Below are positions 1 through 10,182 of a stretch of DNA of 64,000 nucleotides, one piece after another. Positions within the stretch are counted from its first letter, which is position 1. Every line of letters begins with the position of its first letter. The translations under genes and the position numbers were made by a program. The notes beneath the pieces were generated by a model. That model saw only the letters and a list, made by a program, of their open reading frames with translations, did not search any database and was not told the origin of the DNA. Source of the stretch: Hyphomicrobiales bacterium (GTDB lineage: Bacteria; Pseudomonadota; Alphaproteobacteria; SPJN01); the NCBI GenBank assembly GCA_006844605.1, contig SPJN01000013.1, positions 760 to 64,759 of the forward strand. The letters run 5' to 3'.

Positions 1-159
1 ATAATCGAACTGGTGTGACAGGCCTGTTGTGCCAACATCAATGACAATGGCGGATCCAACAGACTGGTTTCTGGAGAGACGAATGTCGCGCCGATCAAGA
101 TAACGGAGAACTTTATGGCGTGGCTCATGGCCAAAGGGCGGTTTGGTCTGTGTAGTCAT
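1..159 (-). CDS. 5' part of a DEDDh/DnaQ-like 3'-5' exonuclease-family protein (runs off the left edge)
   Basis: Hand translation MTTQTKPPFGHEPRHKVLRYLDRRDIRLSRNQSVGSAIVIDVGTTGLSHQFDY. AGGAG RBS upstream. IVIDVGTTGL resembles the ExoI motif hhhDxETTGL. Confidence 0.6.
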   Translation of the reverse strand, partial: MTTQTKPPFGHEPRHKVLRYLDRRDIRLSRNQSVGSAIVIDVGTTGLSHQFDY

Positions 160-295
160 GGGGGGCTCCTTCTTGTTTTATTGTCTGCAAAGATTTCCCT
201 TTGCTAAATCCCAAGTGTTCAGGATCGACCAGATCGTCAAGAGCACTTCTGGGCGAATTGAAAATTTTTGTTCTGCGTTGTGTCTTTAGACATCT

Positions 296-1504
296 TCAGC
301 CTGTGCCGACGTCTTTTGACCCACTCGGATCTATTGGCAGTGCCTGCTCAAATTCCTTGGCAAGCAACCGATCAAAGGCAGATCCGTCTTGGCGGGTTAA
401 GTTGGGCACATAGCGGGAATAGACGTTGAACAGCATTTTTGTGGTCGTATGCCCCATCTGTTTGGCAATCCATTCTGGTGCCTCGCCCGCGGCAAGCCAT
501 AGCGTGGCGGCTGTGTGCCGCATGTGATAGGGACGGCGTTCTCGTAGGCCCAGATGGCGGAGCAGGGGATACCAAACACGCTGGGTGACATTGCGGTTCT
601 GGAGGGGTTGTCCATTCCGGGTGCAGAAAACAAAGTCAGACAGCTCGCCAGTGGCCTTCTTCTGATCCTGCAGGGCATCAAAGACCAATTGGTTCATCTG
701 CACTGCCCGGAATGAGCCATCGGTTTTCGTTGGGACAATTTTTCCCTGCACATAGGCTTGATGAACCAGAACCTCCCGCCGCTCGAAATCTACATTCTTC
801 CAAGGCAGGCCATCGATCTCGCTGGAACGCAATCCGGTGAAGAAGCGTACTGTGAAATAGTTCTTATAATCAGGACGGACCGTATCAATGATCTGCTTCA
901 CCTCAGCCAGGGTAAATGGTTCAACCTCAACCCTTGGTTCCTTTAACGGCTTGATGTTGCGGTAGGGATTGACGAACTCATAACGGTCGGCAGCTTCCGT
1001 TAGCACCATCCTTAAAGGCACCATGATGTGATTAACCCGTGCGGGGCTCAGCGTCTTGCCGGTTACAGGATTAGCGGACGCAATAGCCGCACGAAACTTT
1101 AGAAGGTCGGATTTTTTGATCGCATTAACCGGCAGCTTCCCGAACTGTGGCAACAGATAGAGGTCGAAATTAATATCCATCGTGTCGATATAGGATTGGC
1201 GCCATTCGACTTTCTTTTCAGCACGCCACTCTTCTGCGAATGCTGAAAACAAGGGAACATCCGCACGCATGGCAGCAGCGCGCTGGTCAAGCTTCCGAAA
1301 CTCTTCGGCCTTAGGGCTGTTCGGGAAGTATTTCCCATAGTCGAATCTCCCCAGCACCATCTCCGCTTCCATGCGCTTAACGATACCCTGCAGGCGCCTG
1401 CGGTGCTGTGGTGTGTCGGTGAGGCCGGTCGCTTCACGGCAACGCTGCCTTTTGTATTGGAAGTCGACATGAAGCATATCTCCGCGTTTGGTGATGGATG
1501 CCAT
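296..1504 (-). CDS. int: Tyrosine recombinase/integrase with N-terminal arm-binding domain
   Basis: FFTGLRSSE (catalytic R), PYHMRHT (HxxR), QMGH and VYSRY (catalytic Y). N-terminal 'VDFQYKRQRCRE' arm-binding-like segment. Confidence 0.95.
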   Translation of the reverse strand: MASITKRGDMLHVDFQYKRQRCREATGLTDTPQHRRRLQGIVKRMEAEMVLGRFDYGKYFPNSPKAEEFRKLDQRAAAMRADVPLFSAFAEEWRAEKKVEWRQSYIDTMDINFDLYLLPQFGKLPVNAIKKSDLLKFRAAIASANPVTGKTLSPARVNHIMVPLRMVLTEAADRYEFVNPYRNIKPLKEPRVEVEPFTLAEVKQIIDTVRPDYKNYFTVRFFTGLRSSEIDGLPWKNVDFERREVLVHQAYVQGKIVPTKTDGSFRAVQMNQLVFDALQDQKKATGELSDFVFCTRNGQPLQNRNVTQRVWYPLLRHLGLRERRPYHMRHTAATLWLAAGEAPEWIAKQMGHTTTKMLFNVYSRYVPNLTRQDGSAFDRLLAKEFEQALPIDPSGSKDVGTG

Positions 1505-1514
1505 TGCTCACCCC

Positions 1515-1736
1515 CTAGTGTTGAGAGACAGGCAGCAATGAGGAGCCACCATCGTTCATATCGCTCTCAATCTGCTCCCAAATGTAAAGAATCTTCCGAC
1601 CGCCAAAGGGACGGATGTAGTGAATGCCCTCCAGAAGGACGGAATCTTTGAGGCGTTCACGAATGGTGCGGGGGTCGTACTTAATGAGCGAAGAAAGCTC
1701 TTCTGTCGTGAGGTAGGTGTTTTTCGCTTGCATCAT
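1515..1736 (-). CDS. Excisionase / recombination directionality factor-like small winged-HTH protein
   Basis: 73 aa, YLTTEELSSLIKYDPRTIR HTH-like start. Directly upstream of and co-oriented with int. Confidence 0.7.
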   Translation of the reverse strand: MMQAKNTYLTTEELSSLIKYDPRTIRERLKDSVLLEGIHYIRPFGGRKILYIWEQIESDMNDGGSSLLPVSQH

Positions 1737-1793
1737 CTGGTTATTCCTTTCATTTTGTTACTTCACATGACGACACATCAGGTTGCTGGGCGT

Positions 1794-1886
1794 TATGTCG
1801 TTCTAAATGACATATAGTATGCATAAGTGTACATGTCAAGGGCGTTTTGTATAAAAAAGAGACTTTATGTCGTTTTGGGTGACGTA
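1794..1886. promoter_or_regulatory. Divergent control region: two TATGTC-N9-GAC(A/G)TA operators and a sigma70-like leftward promoter
   Basis: Dyads at 1794-1814 and 1866-1886. Minus-strand TTGACA (1839-1834), 17 nt spacer, TATATG (1816-1811). Confidence 0.6.
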
Positions 1887-2089
1887 TGATTAAGTGCCAC
1901 TTGTCCCGGATGATGGGAGAACGGAAGCTAAAGGTGATGGATGTTGCGCGGGAAACGGGCCTCCACCGCAATACTGTGACCTTGCTTTATAAGGAAACCG
2001 CAACACGAGTTGATCTCGAAGCGGTTGATAAGCTTTGTGAGCTTTTTGATTGCGAGGTTGGGGATCTTTTCGAACGGATCACGGATTAA
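1886..2089 (+). CDS. Cro/C1-type (XRE) HTH transcriptional regulator
   Basis: 67 aa: KVMDVARETGLHRNTVTLLY...VDKLCELFDCEVGDLF. Divergent from xis-int. Confidence 0.9.
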   Translation: MIKCHLSRMMGERKLKVMDVARETGLHRNTVTLLYKETATRVDLEAVDKLCELFDCEVGDLFERITD

Positions 2090-2099
2090 AGGACCAACC

Positions 2100-3005
2100 A
2101 TGATTCCTGATTATCAAAGTTTAATGCTCCCTGTGTTGCAGGAAGGCGCCGAAGAGGAAATTAGCACACGCGATGCCATTGAAAATCTGGCTTCCAAGTA
2201 CGGGTTGTCAGAAGAGGATCGCGAGCAGATGCTGCCTAGCGGTAAACAGCGCACCTTTGATAATCGTGTAAATTGGGCGAAGGGCTACCTGAAGCAGGCT
2301 GGCTTAGTCAGATATACTGATCGCGGTGCCTATGTGGCGACTGATGAGGGGCGAAAAGTTCTCGCTACAAATCCAGAGAGAATCGACAACAAGTTTCTCA
2401 AGCAATACGAAGCCTTTCAAGAATTTCAAAATCGCAAAGGCACTCAAAGCGAAAAAGAAGAGACGCAGGATGGGGTTGATGATGCAATTACCCCGGATGA
2501 AGCGCTTCGCGCAGCGCACCGCAAAATCAATGCGTCACTAGCCGCCGACCTTTTGGGCCGAGTAAGAGAGGCCTCACCGCAATTTTTTGAAGAGCTGATT
2601 GTCGAATTATTGCTTGCGATGGGGTATGGCGGCACTTCAGAAGATGCTGCCCGCGCGTTGGGGCAATCGGGAGATAACGGCGTTGATGGTGTGGTCGATC
2701 AGGACCCTCTTGGCGTTGATCAGGTCTATGTCCAAGCAAAGCGATACGCGGAAACTAATAAAATAGGTTCCGGAGATATTCGCGATTTCTTTGGCGCGCT
2801 CAATCTAAAAAAGGCGCAAAAAGGTATATTCTTCACCACCTCTTCATTTAGTCCGGCGGCGGTTCAAACAGCGAAGGACCTTGGGATGCGGATTGTACTT
2901 ATTGACGGGGCGCAGCTAGCAAAGCTCATGATCAAATATGGAGTTGGGTGTCGGGAAGAGGAAGTTATCAGGCTGATGGGCATTGACGAAGAGTATTTCG
3001 ACTAA
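2100..3005 (+). CDS. mrr: Mrr type IV restriction endonuclease
   Basis: N-terminal MIPDYQSLMLPVL...FDNRVNWAKGYLKQAGL (Mrr_N). Catalytic domain GDNGVDGVV...YVQAKRY...LIDG. Start at ATG 2100 after an AGGA RBS. Confidence 0.92.
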   Translation: MIPDYQSLMLPVLQEGAEEEISTRDAIENLASKYGLSEEDREQMLPSGKQRTFDNRVNWAKGYLKQAGLVRYTDRGAYVATDEGRKVLATNPERIDNKFLKQYEAFQEFQNRKGTQSEKEETQDGVDDAITPDEALRAAHRKINASLAADLLGRVREASPQFFEELIVELLLAMGYGGTSEDAARALGQSGDNGVDGVVDQDPLGVDQVYVQAKRYAETNKIGSGDIRDFFGALNLKKAQKGIFFTTSSFSPAAVQTAKDLGMRIVLIDGAQLAKLMIKYGVGCREEEVIRLMGIDEEYFD

Positions 3006-3058
3006 AGGGGTATTACCGCTGGTCCCTAGGAATGAATGTGAAATGAAAGAAGAATTCA

Positions 3059-5851
3059 TTGAACGCAGTTGAGATTGAACAAGCAATTACGGAATTGGCG
3101 GAACAGCCCTTTGACGGGCAAGAGTTTCCGTTCGATTTTTTGCGCGCGTTTGGCAATAAAGAAACCACGATCAAGCGCCTGAAAAAGGGTGACTCTAACA
3201 AATCAGACTTGGGTGGGGTGCTGCAACGAAGCCATATCCACATCAAAGTTTGTGAAGAAGGCAAGGTCACCCAAACGCTGGAAGCTTTGAAAGCAAGCCC
3301 CGCAACGACCAAGGCGAAGGCCAAATTTGTTCTTGCCACTGATGGTATTCAGCTAGAGGCGGAATACCTGAATACCGGTGAAACGGTCGCCTGCAATCAT
3401 AATGATTTTCCAGATCATTTTGGTTTCTTCCTGGCGCTTGCCGGTATCACCACTGTTAAGCAAATCCGCGAAAGCTCATTCGACATTAAGGCAACGGGCC
3501 GATTGAACCGGCTTTATATTGAGTTGCTCAAAGACAATCCGGAATGGAGCACGGCTGAACGCAGGCCGGATATGAACCATTTCATGGCGCGGTTGATCTT
3601 TTGCTTCTTTGCCGAAGATACAGACATCTTCCACGGGGATGACCTGTTTACCTCCACCATCGAGCAAATGAGTGCGCGGGATGCGTCTGATACCGATCAT
3701 GTGATTAGCGAAGTCTTTCGTGCCATGAACACGAAAACGGAAGATAGGGAAAAGGCAGGCATTCCCCGCTGGGCCAATGGCTTTCCATACGTGAACGGGG
3801 GGCTGTTTTCCGGTAGTACGGAAACGCCGAAATTTAGCAAGATTGCGCGGTCTTACCTGCTGCATATCGGCAACCTTGATTGGAAGAAGATCAACCCGGA
3901 TATCTTTGGCTCTATGATCCAGGCGGTGGCCGATGATGAAGAACGCGGCCATCTGGGGATGCACTACACCAGTGTGCCGAATATCCTGAAAGTTTTAAAC
4001 CCGCTGTTTTTGGATGATTTGCGGGCCGGGCTTGATGCCGCCGGTGATAGCGCGCAGAAGCTACTAAATCTACGCAAACGTATGGCGAAGATCAGGGTGT
4101 TTGATCCTGCCTGTGGCTCCGGCAACTTTCTGGTCATTGCCTATAAGGAAATGCGAGCCATTGAGGCGGAGATAAACAAGCGTCGTGGGGAAGAACATCT
4201 TAAAACGACTATTCCGCTTACCAACTTTCGCGGCATTGAGGTGCGGGACTTCCCGGCAGAGATAGCACGTCTAGCCCTCATCATCGCGGAATATCAATGC
4301 GATGTGACTTATCGTGGCCAGAAGGAGGCGTTGGCAGAGTTTCTGCCATTGAATAAAGAAAACTGGATCACTTGTGCAAACGCGCTGCGTGTTGATTGGC
4401 TGTCCATCTGTCCGCCCACTGGCACGGGTGTAAAACACTATGCCGATGATTTGTTTCATTCGCCGGTTGATCAGGCCGAGATCGATTTTGAGAACGAGGG
4501 GGGTGAGACCTACATTTGTGGGAACCCGCCATATTTGGGCAGTACATGGCAATCCAAGGAGCAAAAAGAAGATTTAAAGGCTATCTTTGATGGCAAGACC
4601 AAAACCTGGAAGTCATTGGATTATGTTGCTGGATGGGTGATGAAGGCGGCTGAATTTGGCAGACATACCAAATCCGTTTCTGCTTTTGTGACTACAAACT
4701 CAATTTGCCAAGGCCAACAGGTGCCAATTTTGTGGCCTTTAGTCTTTGAGACTGGCCATGAAATTACATTTGCCCACACGTCATTTAAGTGGGCAAATTT
4801 GGCAAGCAAAAACGCTGGTGTAACAGTAGTAGTTGTTGGGATAGGACGAGAATTCGGCGCGAGGCGCCTCCTATATTCCCATGATAACGACAATCATGAA
4901 ACCGTATTAGCAGCAACCAATATCAACGCCTACCTTGTGCCGTCAGGTGGCGTGCTGGTGAAAAAGCAACAACAGCCCATTTCAGACGTTCCACCGATGG
5001 TATTCGGAAACAAACCGGTTGATGGCGGGCATCTGATCCTTTCAAAGAGCGAGATAGGCGAATTGTGTTTGACCGACAACGAGGTCAGAAAATTTGTTAG
5101 GCCATTTCTGGGTTCGGAAGAGTTCATTTCGGGTAAACAGCGGTTTTGCCTATGGATTGATGATGGATGTGTTGATGACTTGTTGAGACATCCAATAGTA
5201 GCGCAGCGTGTTGCTGCTGTTGAGAAGATGAGACTGAACAGCACCAAAGTGGCAACAAATCGCGCAGCGGCGTGGCCCCATCGGTTTGATGAAATACGGC
5301 AAAGGGGGTCGGAAACATCTTTGTTGGTTCCAAGCGTTTCATCTGAAAGCAGACCATATTTGCCAGTTGGCTACGTCCCAGAAGGGACAATAGTTAGCAA
5401 CCTTGCATTCGCCTTGTTTGATGCGCCGCTCTGGGTAACTTCAGTAATTGCTTCACGAACTCATCTGGTGTGGGTGAAAACGGTGTGTGGGCAACTCGAA
5501 ACTCGCATTAGGTACTCCAATACCCTTGGTTGGAACACCTTTCCGTTACCTAAGCTGACCGAGAAAAACAAAGAAGACCTGACACGCTGCGCCGAAGATA
5601 TTTTGCTTGCGCGGGAGGCGCATTTTCCTGCGACCATTGCCGACCTGTATGATCCTGAGAAAATGCCAGAAGATTTGCGCCGGGCGCATGATCGCAATGA
5701 TGAGGTGTTGGAGCGCATCTATATCGGTCGCCGCTTCAAAAATGACACCGAACGCTTGGAAAAGCTTTTTGAGCTTTATACCAAGATGACCGCTAAACTG
5801 GAAACCTGTCGGCAAACGAAAGACAATAAAAAAGGGAAGGCACATGCATGA
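3059..5851 (+). CDS. MmeI/YeeA-like N6-adenine DNA methyltransferase (type IIL-like)
   Basis: Motif I FDPACGSGNFL and motif IV GNPPY. GMHYTS, RLIFCFFAED and the C-terminal IADLYDP..MP..LRRAH are typical of the MmeI/YeeA family. TTG start. Confidence 0.9.
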   Translation: MNAVEIEQAITELAEQPFDGQEFPFDFLRAFGNKETTIKRLKKGDSNKSDLGGVLQRSHIHIKVCEEGKVTQTLEALKASPATTKAKAKFVLATDGIQLEAEYLNTGETVACNHNDFPDHFGFFLALAGITTVKQIRESSFDIKATGRLNRLYIELLKDNPEWSTAERRPDMNHFMARLIFCFFAEDTDIFHGDDLFTSTIEQMSARDASDTDHVISEVFRAMNTKTEDREKAGIPRWANGFPYVNGGLFSGSTETPKFSKIARSYLLHIGNLDWKKINPDIFGSMIQAVADDEERGHLGMHYTSVPNILKVLNPLFLDDLRAGLDAAGDSAQKLLNLRKRMAKIRVFDPACGSGNFLVIAYKEMRAIEAEINKRRGEEHLKTTIPLTNFRGIEVRDFPAEIARLALIIAEYQCDVTYRGQKEALAEFLPLNKENWITCANALRVDWLSICPPTGTGVKHYADDLFHSPVDQAEIDFENEGGETYICGNPPYLGSTWQSKEQKEDLKAIFDGKTKTWKSLDYVAGWVMKAAEFGRHTKSVSAFVTTNSICQGQQVPILWPLVFETGHEITFAHTSFKWANLASKNAGVTVVVVGIGREFGARRLLYSHDNDNHETVLAATNINAYLVPSGGVLVKKQQQPISDVPPMVFGNKPVDGGHLILSKSEIGELCLTDNEVRKFVRPFLGSEEFISGKQRFCLWIDDGCVDDLLRHPIVAQRVAAVEKMRLNSTKVATNRAAAWPHRFDEIRQRGSETSLLVPSVSSESRPYLPVGYVPEGTIVSNLAFALFDAPLWVTSVIASRTHLVWVKTVCGQLETRIRYSNTLGWNTFPLPKLTEKNKEDLTRCAEDILLAREAHFPATIADLYDPEKMPEDLRRAHDRNDEVLERIYIGRRFKNDTERLEKLFELYTKMTAKLETCRQTKDNKKGKAHA

Positions 5852-5873
5852 CAGATGCAAGTGAAAACGCACC

Positions 5874-6818
5874 ATGGTAAAGGCAAGCAGAAATGGACTT
5901 AGGCTCGACGCTGATTTCACTGAGGATACGGTCGGCTTCGCGCTTGAATCGTTCTTGGCGGTGATGAGTTTTCCACGTCAGCGCTTTTCGATAGAGCCGT
6001 TCTCTCGTGCCAAGGAACGGTGGTTGGCCGCTGATGCGCGATTGCACGGTGATGTGCGCGGGTTTTGCCCCATTTATATGCAATTTAAAAGGCCGTCTGC
6101 GTATCCAGATTTTAGTACTGCGAAAATTATTAGGGAAAGAAAGGCGCTGAACCTTCTAACGTCGCCCCATGCCCTCTATTTTGATCTACGCCAGAAACAG
6201 CAACATCATTGGGATTTCCAGCACAATATTCTATTCCGGCTCGGTCAAAGGCTTCGCAGTCGTCAGCTTGGTGATGCCGCCTATGTTTGCCCTTTATTCC
6301 TAGAACGGTCCGCTTACAGATTCCATGTGCACTTGTCCGGACTTTCGCTGTGGCCGCGCTTTTGGAGACATTATCCTTGGGAATATGAAGAAGTTTTAGT
6401 AGGCGATGGCGGCAGGAAGATTCGCTTCGATCGTATCCCTGTGCTGGCGGAACACATAACTGTGCCGCCGCACAAAACGGTTTCAAGCGCCAAGCATCGT
6501 TACAGCTTCACGGAAGCAGGAAATGAACTGTGTTTCCACTCGCCAGAGGCCATTCCTGATGGAGCAACTACTCTCGCTGCATTTTTGGATGCGTTGTCAG
6601 GTCGCTTTCTGGGTGGTGGTGAAAAAATCCGGTCAGAGCAAGCAAACCAAGAACTTCAGGACTTGATGAATGAGGTCTTGGGCGATGGGCGTGAAGTCCC
6701 CCAGTCAATCATCGAGATGGACGCGTCTGACCCCATTGGAAACTGGTTGGCTTGGGGCGATTATTTGCGTCTGGAATTTGGAATAGATCAGTACGCGCTG
6801 GTAAGGTGGGAGGATTAG
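5874..6818 (+). CDS. Hypothetical protein, candidate PD-(D/E)xK nuclease fold
   Basis: 314 aa ORF exactly filling the MTase-helicase gap. 'ERWLAADARL...IYMQFKRP' resembles a D...QxK nuclease motif. Confidence 0.55.
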   Translation: MVKASRNGLRLDADFTEDTVGFALESFLAVMSFPRQRFSIEPFSRAKERWLAADARLHGDVRGFCPIYMQFKRPSAYPDFSTAKIIRERKALNLLTSPHALYFDLRQKQQHHWDFQHNILFRLGQRLRSRQLGDAAYVCPLFLERSAYRFHVHLSGLSLWPRFWRHYPWEYEEVLVGDGGRKIRFDRIPVLAEHITVPPHKTVSSAKHRYSFTEAGNELCFHSPEAIPDGATTLAAFLDALSGRFLGGGEKIRSEQANQELQDLMNEVLGDGREVPQSIIEMDASDPIGNWLAWGDYLRLEFGIDQYALVRWED

Positions 6819-6821
6819 AAA

Positions 6822-8873
6822 GTGAGCAATGCTAAATCAATCCCCTCCGTTTCTGTCACTTACGCCCGCAATGGTAGCTCCAAGCAATCGAATGAGCTCG
6901 GAATGCGGGTTATGCAGGAACGCGCCTATGACCGGCGGGGGGAACAGTATCTGCTGATCAAGTCACCACCGGCATCGGGCAAAAGCCGTGCCTTGATGTT
7001 CATTGCGCTTGATAAGCTAAACAATCAGGGCTTGAAGCAGGCCATCATCGTTGTGCCGGAAAAGTCCATTGGGTCCAGCTTCAACAATGAACCTTTGTCT
7101 GATTTTGGATTTTATTGGGACTGGTCTGTCGAGCCAAAATGGAACCTGTGTAATGCGCCGGGGGAAGAAGGCGGCAAGGTTAAGTCCGTAAAGGCGTTTC
7201 TGGATAGTGATGATCAGGTGCTGGTTTGCACGCACTCCACATTCCGTTTTGCGATAGATAAGTTTGGTGCGGATGTATTTGATGATCGCCTAATTGCCAT
7301 TGATGAATTTCACCATGTCAGCGCAAACCCTGATAACAAGCTGGGCGCGCATTTGGGCGAGTTCATGGCGCGCGATAAAGTTCATATCGTGGCGATGACA
7401 GGCTCATATTTCCGTGGTGATGCTGTGCCGGTGATGGCGGCGGATGATGAATCCCGCTTTGCGACCGTCACCTATACCTATTATGAGCAGCTCAACGGCT
7501 ATGAGCACCTAAAGACGCTCAATATCGGCTATTATTTCTATTCGGGTTCCTATGTGGGCGAGATTTTGAGCGTTCTCGATCCGAGCGAAAAGACCATTGT
7601 GCATATCCCGAACGTGAATTCGCGGGAAAGCACGAAAGACAAGATCAAGGAAGTTGAAGATATCATTGAAGAGCTGGGAGACTGGAAGGGCACGGACCCT
7701 GTTACCGGATTCCATCTCGTCGAAACAGCCGATGGGCGCACATTGCGCATTGCGGATCTTGTGGAAGACGGTGCCAATAAACGCGATAAGGTATCGGCCG
7801 CGCTGAAAGACCCCACGCAAAAAGATAATCGTGATCATGTCGATATCATCATCGCGCTTGGTATGGCGAAAGAAGGGTTTGACTGGATTTGGTGTGAACA
7901 TGCACTAACCGTCGGGTATCGCTCTAGCCTGACAGAAATTATTCAGATCATTGGCCGCGCAACCCGTGATGCGCCGGGCAAGGAAAGCTCGCGCTTTACA
8001 AATTTGATTGCAGAGCCGGATGCCTCTGAAGAAGCGGTAACCGAAGCCGTCAATGATACGCTGAAAGCCATTGCCGCCAGCTTGTTGATGGAGCAGGTGC
8101 TTGCTCCGCGTTTTAACTTTACGCCGAAAGCGACATCCACTGGCCCAACCGAAGGCGTTGATTACGGTGAAGGCGGCTATGATCCTGAAAAGACCAATGT
8201 TGGGTTCTGCGAAGAAACAGGCCAATTCGAGATTGAGATCAACGGCCTTGTCGCTCCAAAAGGTGATGATGCGCAGCGCATTTGTAAGGAAGACTTGAAT
8301 GAAGTGATCACGGCATTCGTGCAGGACAAAACGAATGTTGAGCGTGGTATCTTTGATGAAGAAATGGTGCCCGAAGAACTGACACAGGTTCGTATGGGCC
8401 GTATCATCAAGGACAAATACCCTGAGCTTGATGAAGAAGACCAAGAGGCTGTCCGCCAACATGCGGTGGCCGCCCTCAACCTCGTGCAGGCCGCAGATGG
8501 GAAGATCAAGGAAACCGAAGGTGACGAATTTGGTGGCAGCACCGCATTGATTGATGGGGTGCGTAAGTTCGCGATGGATGTGCGAGACCTCGATATTGAT
8601 TTGATCGATAGGATCAACCCATTTGGCGAGGCCTATTCCATCTTGGCTAAATCGATGAGCGAAGAGAGCCTAAAGCAGGTGGCGGCGGTGATCGCTGCAA
8701 AGCGAACCAAAATCACCCCAGATGAGGCCCGTGATTATGCAATTCGCGCTGTGAAGTTTAAACGTGAACATGGGAGGGTTCCTTCTGTAAGCGCTGCTGA
8801 CCCGTGGGAACAAAAACTAGCTGAAGGTGCTGCAGCTTTTGTGCGGTTCAAGGACGAGGGCCGATATGAGTGA
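6822..8873 (+). CDS. YeeB-like superfamily 2 (DEAD/DEAH) helicase
   Basis: Walker A SPPASGKS, Walker B IDEFHH, AMTGS, AKEGFD, QIIGRATR. Confidence 0.9.
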   Translation: MSNAKSIPSVSVTYARNGSSKQSNELGMRVMQERAYDRRGEQYLLIKSPPASGKSRALMFIALDKLNNQGLKQAIIVVPEKSIGSSFNNEPLSDFGFYWDWSVEPKWNLCNAPGEEGGKVKSVKAFLDSDDQVLVCTHSTFRFAIDKFGADVFDDRLIAIDEFHHVSANPDNKLGAHLGEFMARDKVHIVAMTGSYFRGDAVPVMAADDESRFATVTYTYYEQLNGYEHLKTLNIGYYFYSGSYVGEILSVLDPSEKTIVHIPNVNSRESTKDKIKEVEDIIEELGDWKGTDPVTGFHLVETADGRTLRIADLVEDGANKRDKVSAALKDPTQKDNRDHVDIIIALGMAKEGFDWIWCEHALTVGYRSSLTEIIQIIGRATRDAPGKESSRFTNLIAEPDASEEAVTEAVNDTLKAIAASLLMEQVLAPRFNFTPKATSTGPTEGVDYGEGGYDPEKTNVGFCEETGQFEIEINGLVAPKGDDAQRICKEDLNEVITAFVQDKTNVERGIFDEEMVPEELTQVRMGRIIKDKYPELDEEDQEAVRQHAVAALNLVQAADGKIKETEGDEFGGSTALIDGVRKFAMDVRDLDIDLIDRINPFGEAYSILAKSMSEESLKQVAAVIAAKRTKITPDEARDYAIRAVKFKREHGRVPSVSAADPWEQKLAEGAAAFVRFKDEGRYE

Positions 8874-10053
8874 CCCTGACCTAGATGAATTGCGGAGTGA
8901 GTTGGCTGAATTTGCCAAACCTCAAAAGTCGATTAAGAGAACCGCCAAAGAAGAGCGAATCATTTCTGGGTTTGAGGAAATTCAGCGCTTTGTTGATGAG
9001 CACGGTCGTCCGACTGCACATGGCGAGGAGCGAGATATTTTTGAGCGGCTTTATGCAGTTCGTTTGGATCGCATTCGTGAGCAAGCTGAGTGCCGTGAAC
9101 TAGTCGAAGAACTGGATCATCAAGGCCTGCTAGGCGATCAGCCGATTGAAGTGGTAGCAGATGACATTGATGATGAAGCGCTTCTTGCTGAATTAGGTGC
9201 AGAAAGCGAAACATCTGACCTAACTCAATTGAAGCATGTTCGTTCCACGGCTGATCGAAAAGCCGCTGAGGAAATTGCGGATCGAAAGAAGTGTGAGGAT
9301 TTTGAAAAATTCAAACCTTTGTTTGAACGTCTTCGTGATGATCTCGATAAGGGTAGGCGCGAGACAAGGCCAGTTACAAAGGATTCAGGTTTTGTGAAAG
9401 CTGACATTAATGTCGGACAATTTTTTGTTCTTGGCGGCCAGATCGCATATGTTGCTAGCGTAGGCGAGCGGATAAAGGCCCCAAATGGCGATTATGACGC
9501 TCGGCTGCGCGTGATCTATGATAATGAAACTGAAAGCGACCTTCTGCAAAGATCACTTCAGCGGGCGTTATACAAGGACGAAGCGGGAAGGCGTGTTACA
9601 GAAGCAGACGCAGGACCATTGTTTTCCGGTGTAGCGGGTGAGGATGACGAGCAAAGCGGCACAATTTATGTCCTGCGTAGCAAATCGGACCATCCAACAA
9701 TTTCAGCTAATCGTGACCTGATCCACAAAATCGGTGTAACGGGTGGTGACGTGAAGAAGCGGATTGCGAATGCAAAGAATGATGCAACCTACCTTTTGGC
9801 TGATGTGGAGGTTGTGGCGACTTATGAGCTCTACAATATCAATAGAACCAAGCTCGAAAAGTTGATCCACAAGTTTTTTGACACGGCTCGCTTGGACATC
9901 GAGATTAAGGATAGGTTCGGCAATCCAGTTTCACCCCGTGAGTGGTTCATTGTGCCGTTGTTTGTTATCGATGAAATGGTTGATAAGCTGATGGAGGGGG
10001 CATTGGATCAGTGCCAATTTGATCCTACATCCGTTGCGATTAGGGTGAGATAA
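8866..10053 (+). CDS. YeeC-like GIY-YIG/T5orf172-family nuclease
   Basis: C-terminal SGTIYVLRS...HKIGVT...KRI...LEKLIH...REWF. ATG 8866 overlaps the helicase stop. Confidence 0.85.
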   Translation: MSDPDLDELRSELAEFAKPQKSIKRTAKEERIISGFEEIQRFVDEHGRPTAHGEERDIFERLYAVRLDRIREQAECRELVEELDHQGLLGDQPIEVVADDIDDEALLAELGAESETSDLTQLKHVRSTADRKAAEEIADRKKCEDFEKFKPLFERLRDDLDKGRRETRPVTKDSGFVKADINVGQFFVLGGQIAYVASVGERIKAPNGDYDARLRVIYDNETESDLLQRSLQRALYKDEAGRRVTEADAGPLFSGVAGEDDEQSGTIYVLRSKSDHPTISANRDLIHKIGVTGGDVKKRIANAKNDATYLLADVEVVATYELYNINRTKLEKLIHKFFDTARLDIEIKDRFGNPVSPREWFIVPLFVIDEMVDKLMEGALDQCQFDPTSVAIRVR

Positions 10054-10182
10054 CCAGATTATTTGTTGAAGGATCGGGTGGCAATCTATTTGTGGGTGCG
10101 GATTTCTGTGTTATTCGGCATTTGGGGTGTTGGTCAGTTCAAACAATTCACTAATTGGCTATAAATGTGGTGGTATTTACAC

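Noticed and set aside
402..410. TTGGGCACA in the int 3' end matching the att-arm repeat at 12354
   Set aside because: Single 9-bp match inside coding sequence (YVPN), compatible with chance.
2010..2099. N-terminal extension of Mrr in the ORF track
   Set aside because: Overlaps the repressor gene. Family-like sequence and the RBS start at ATG 2100.
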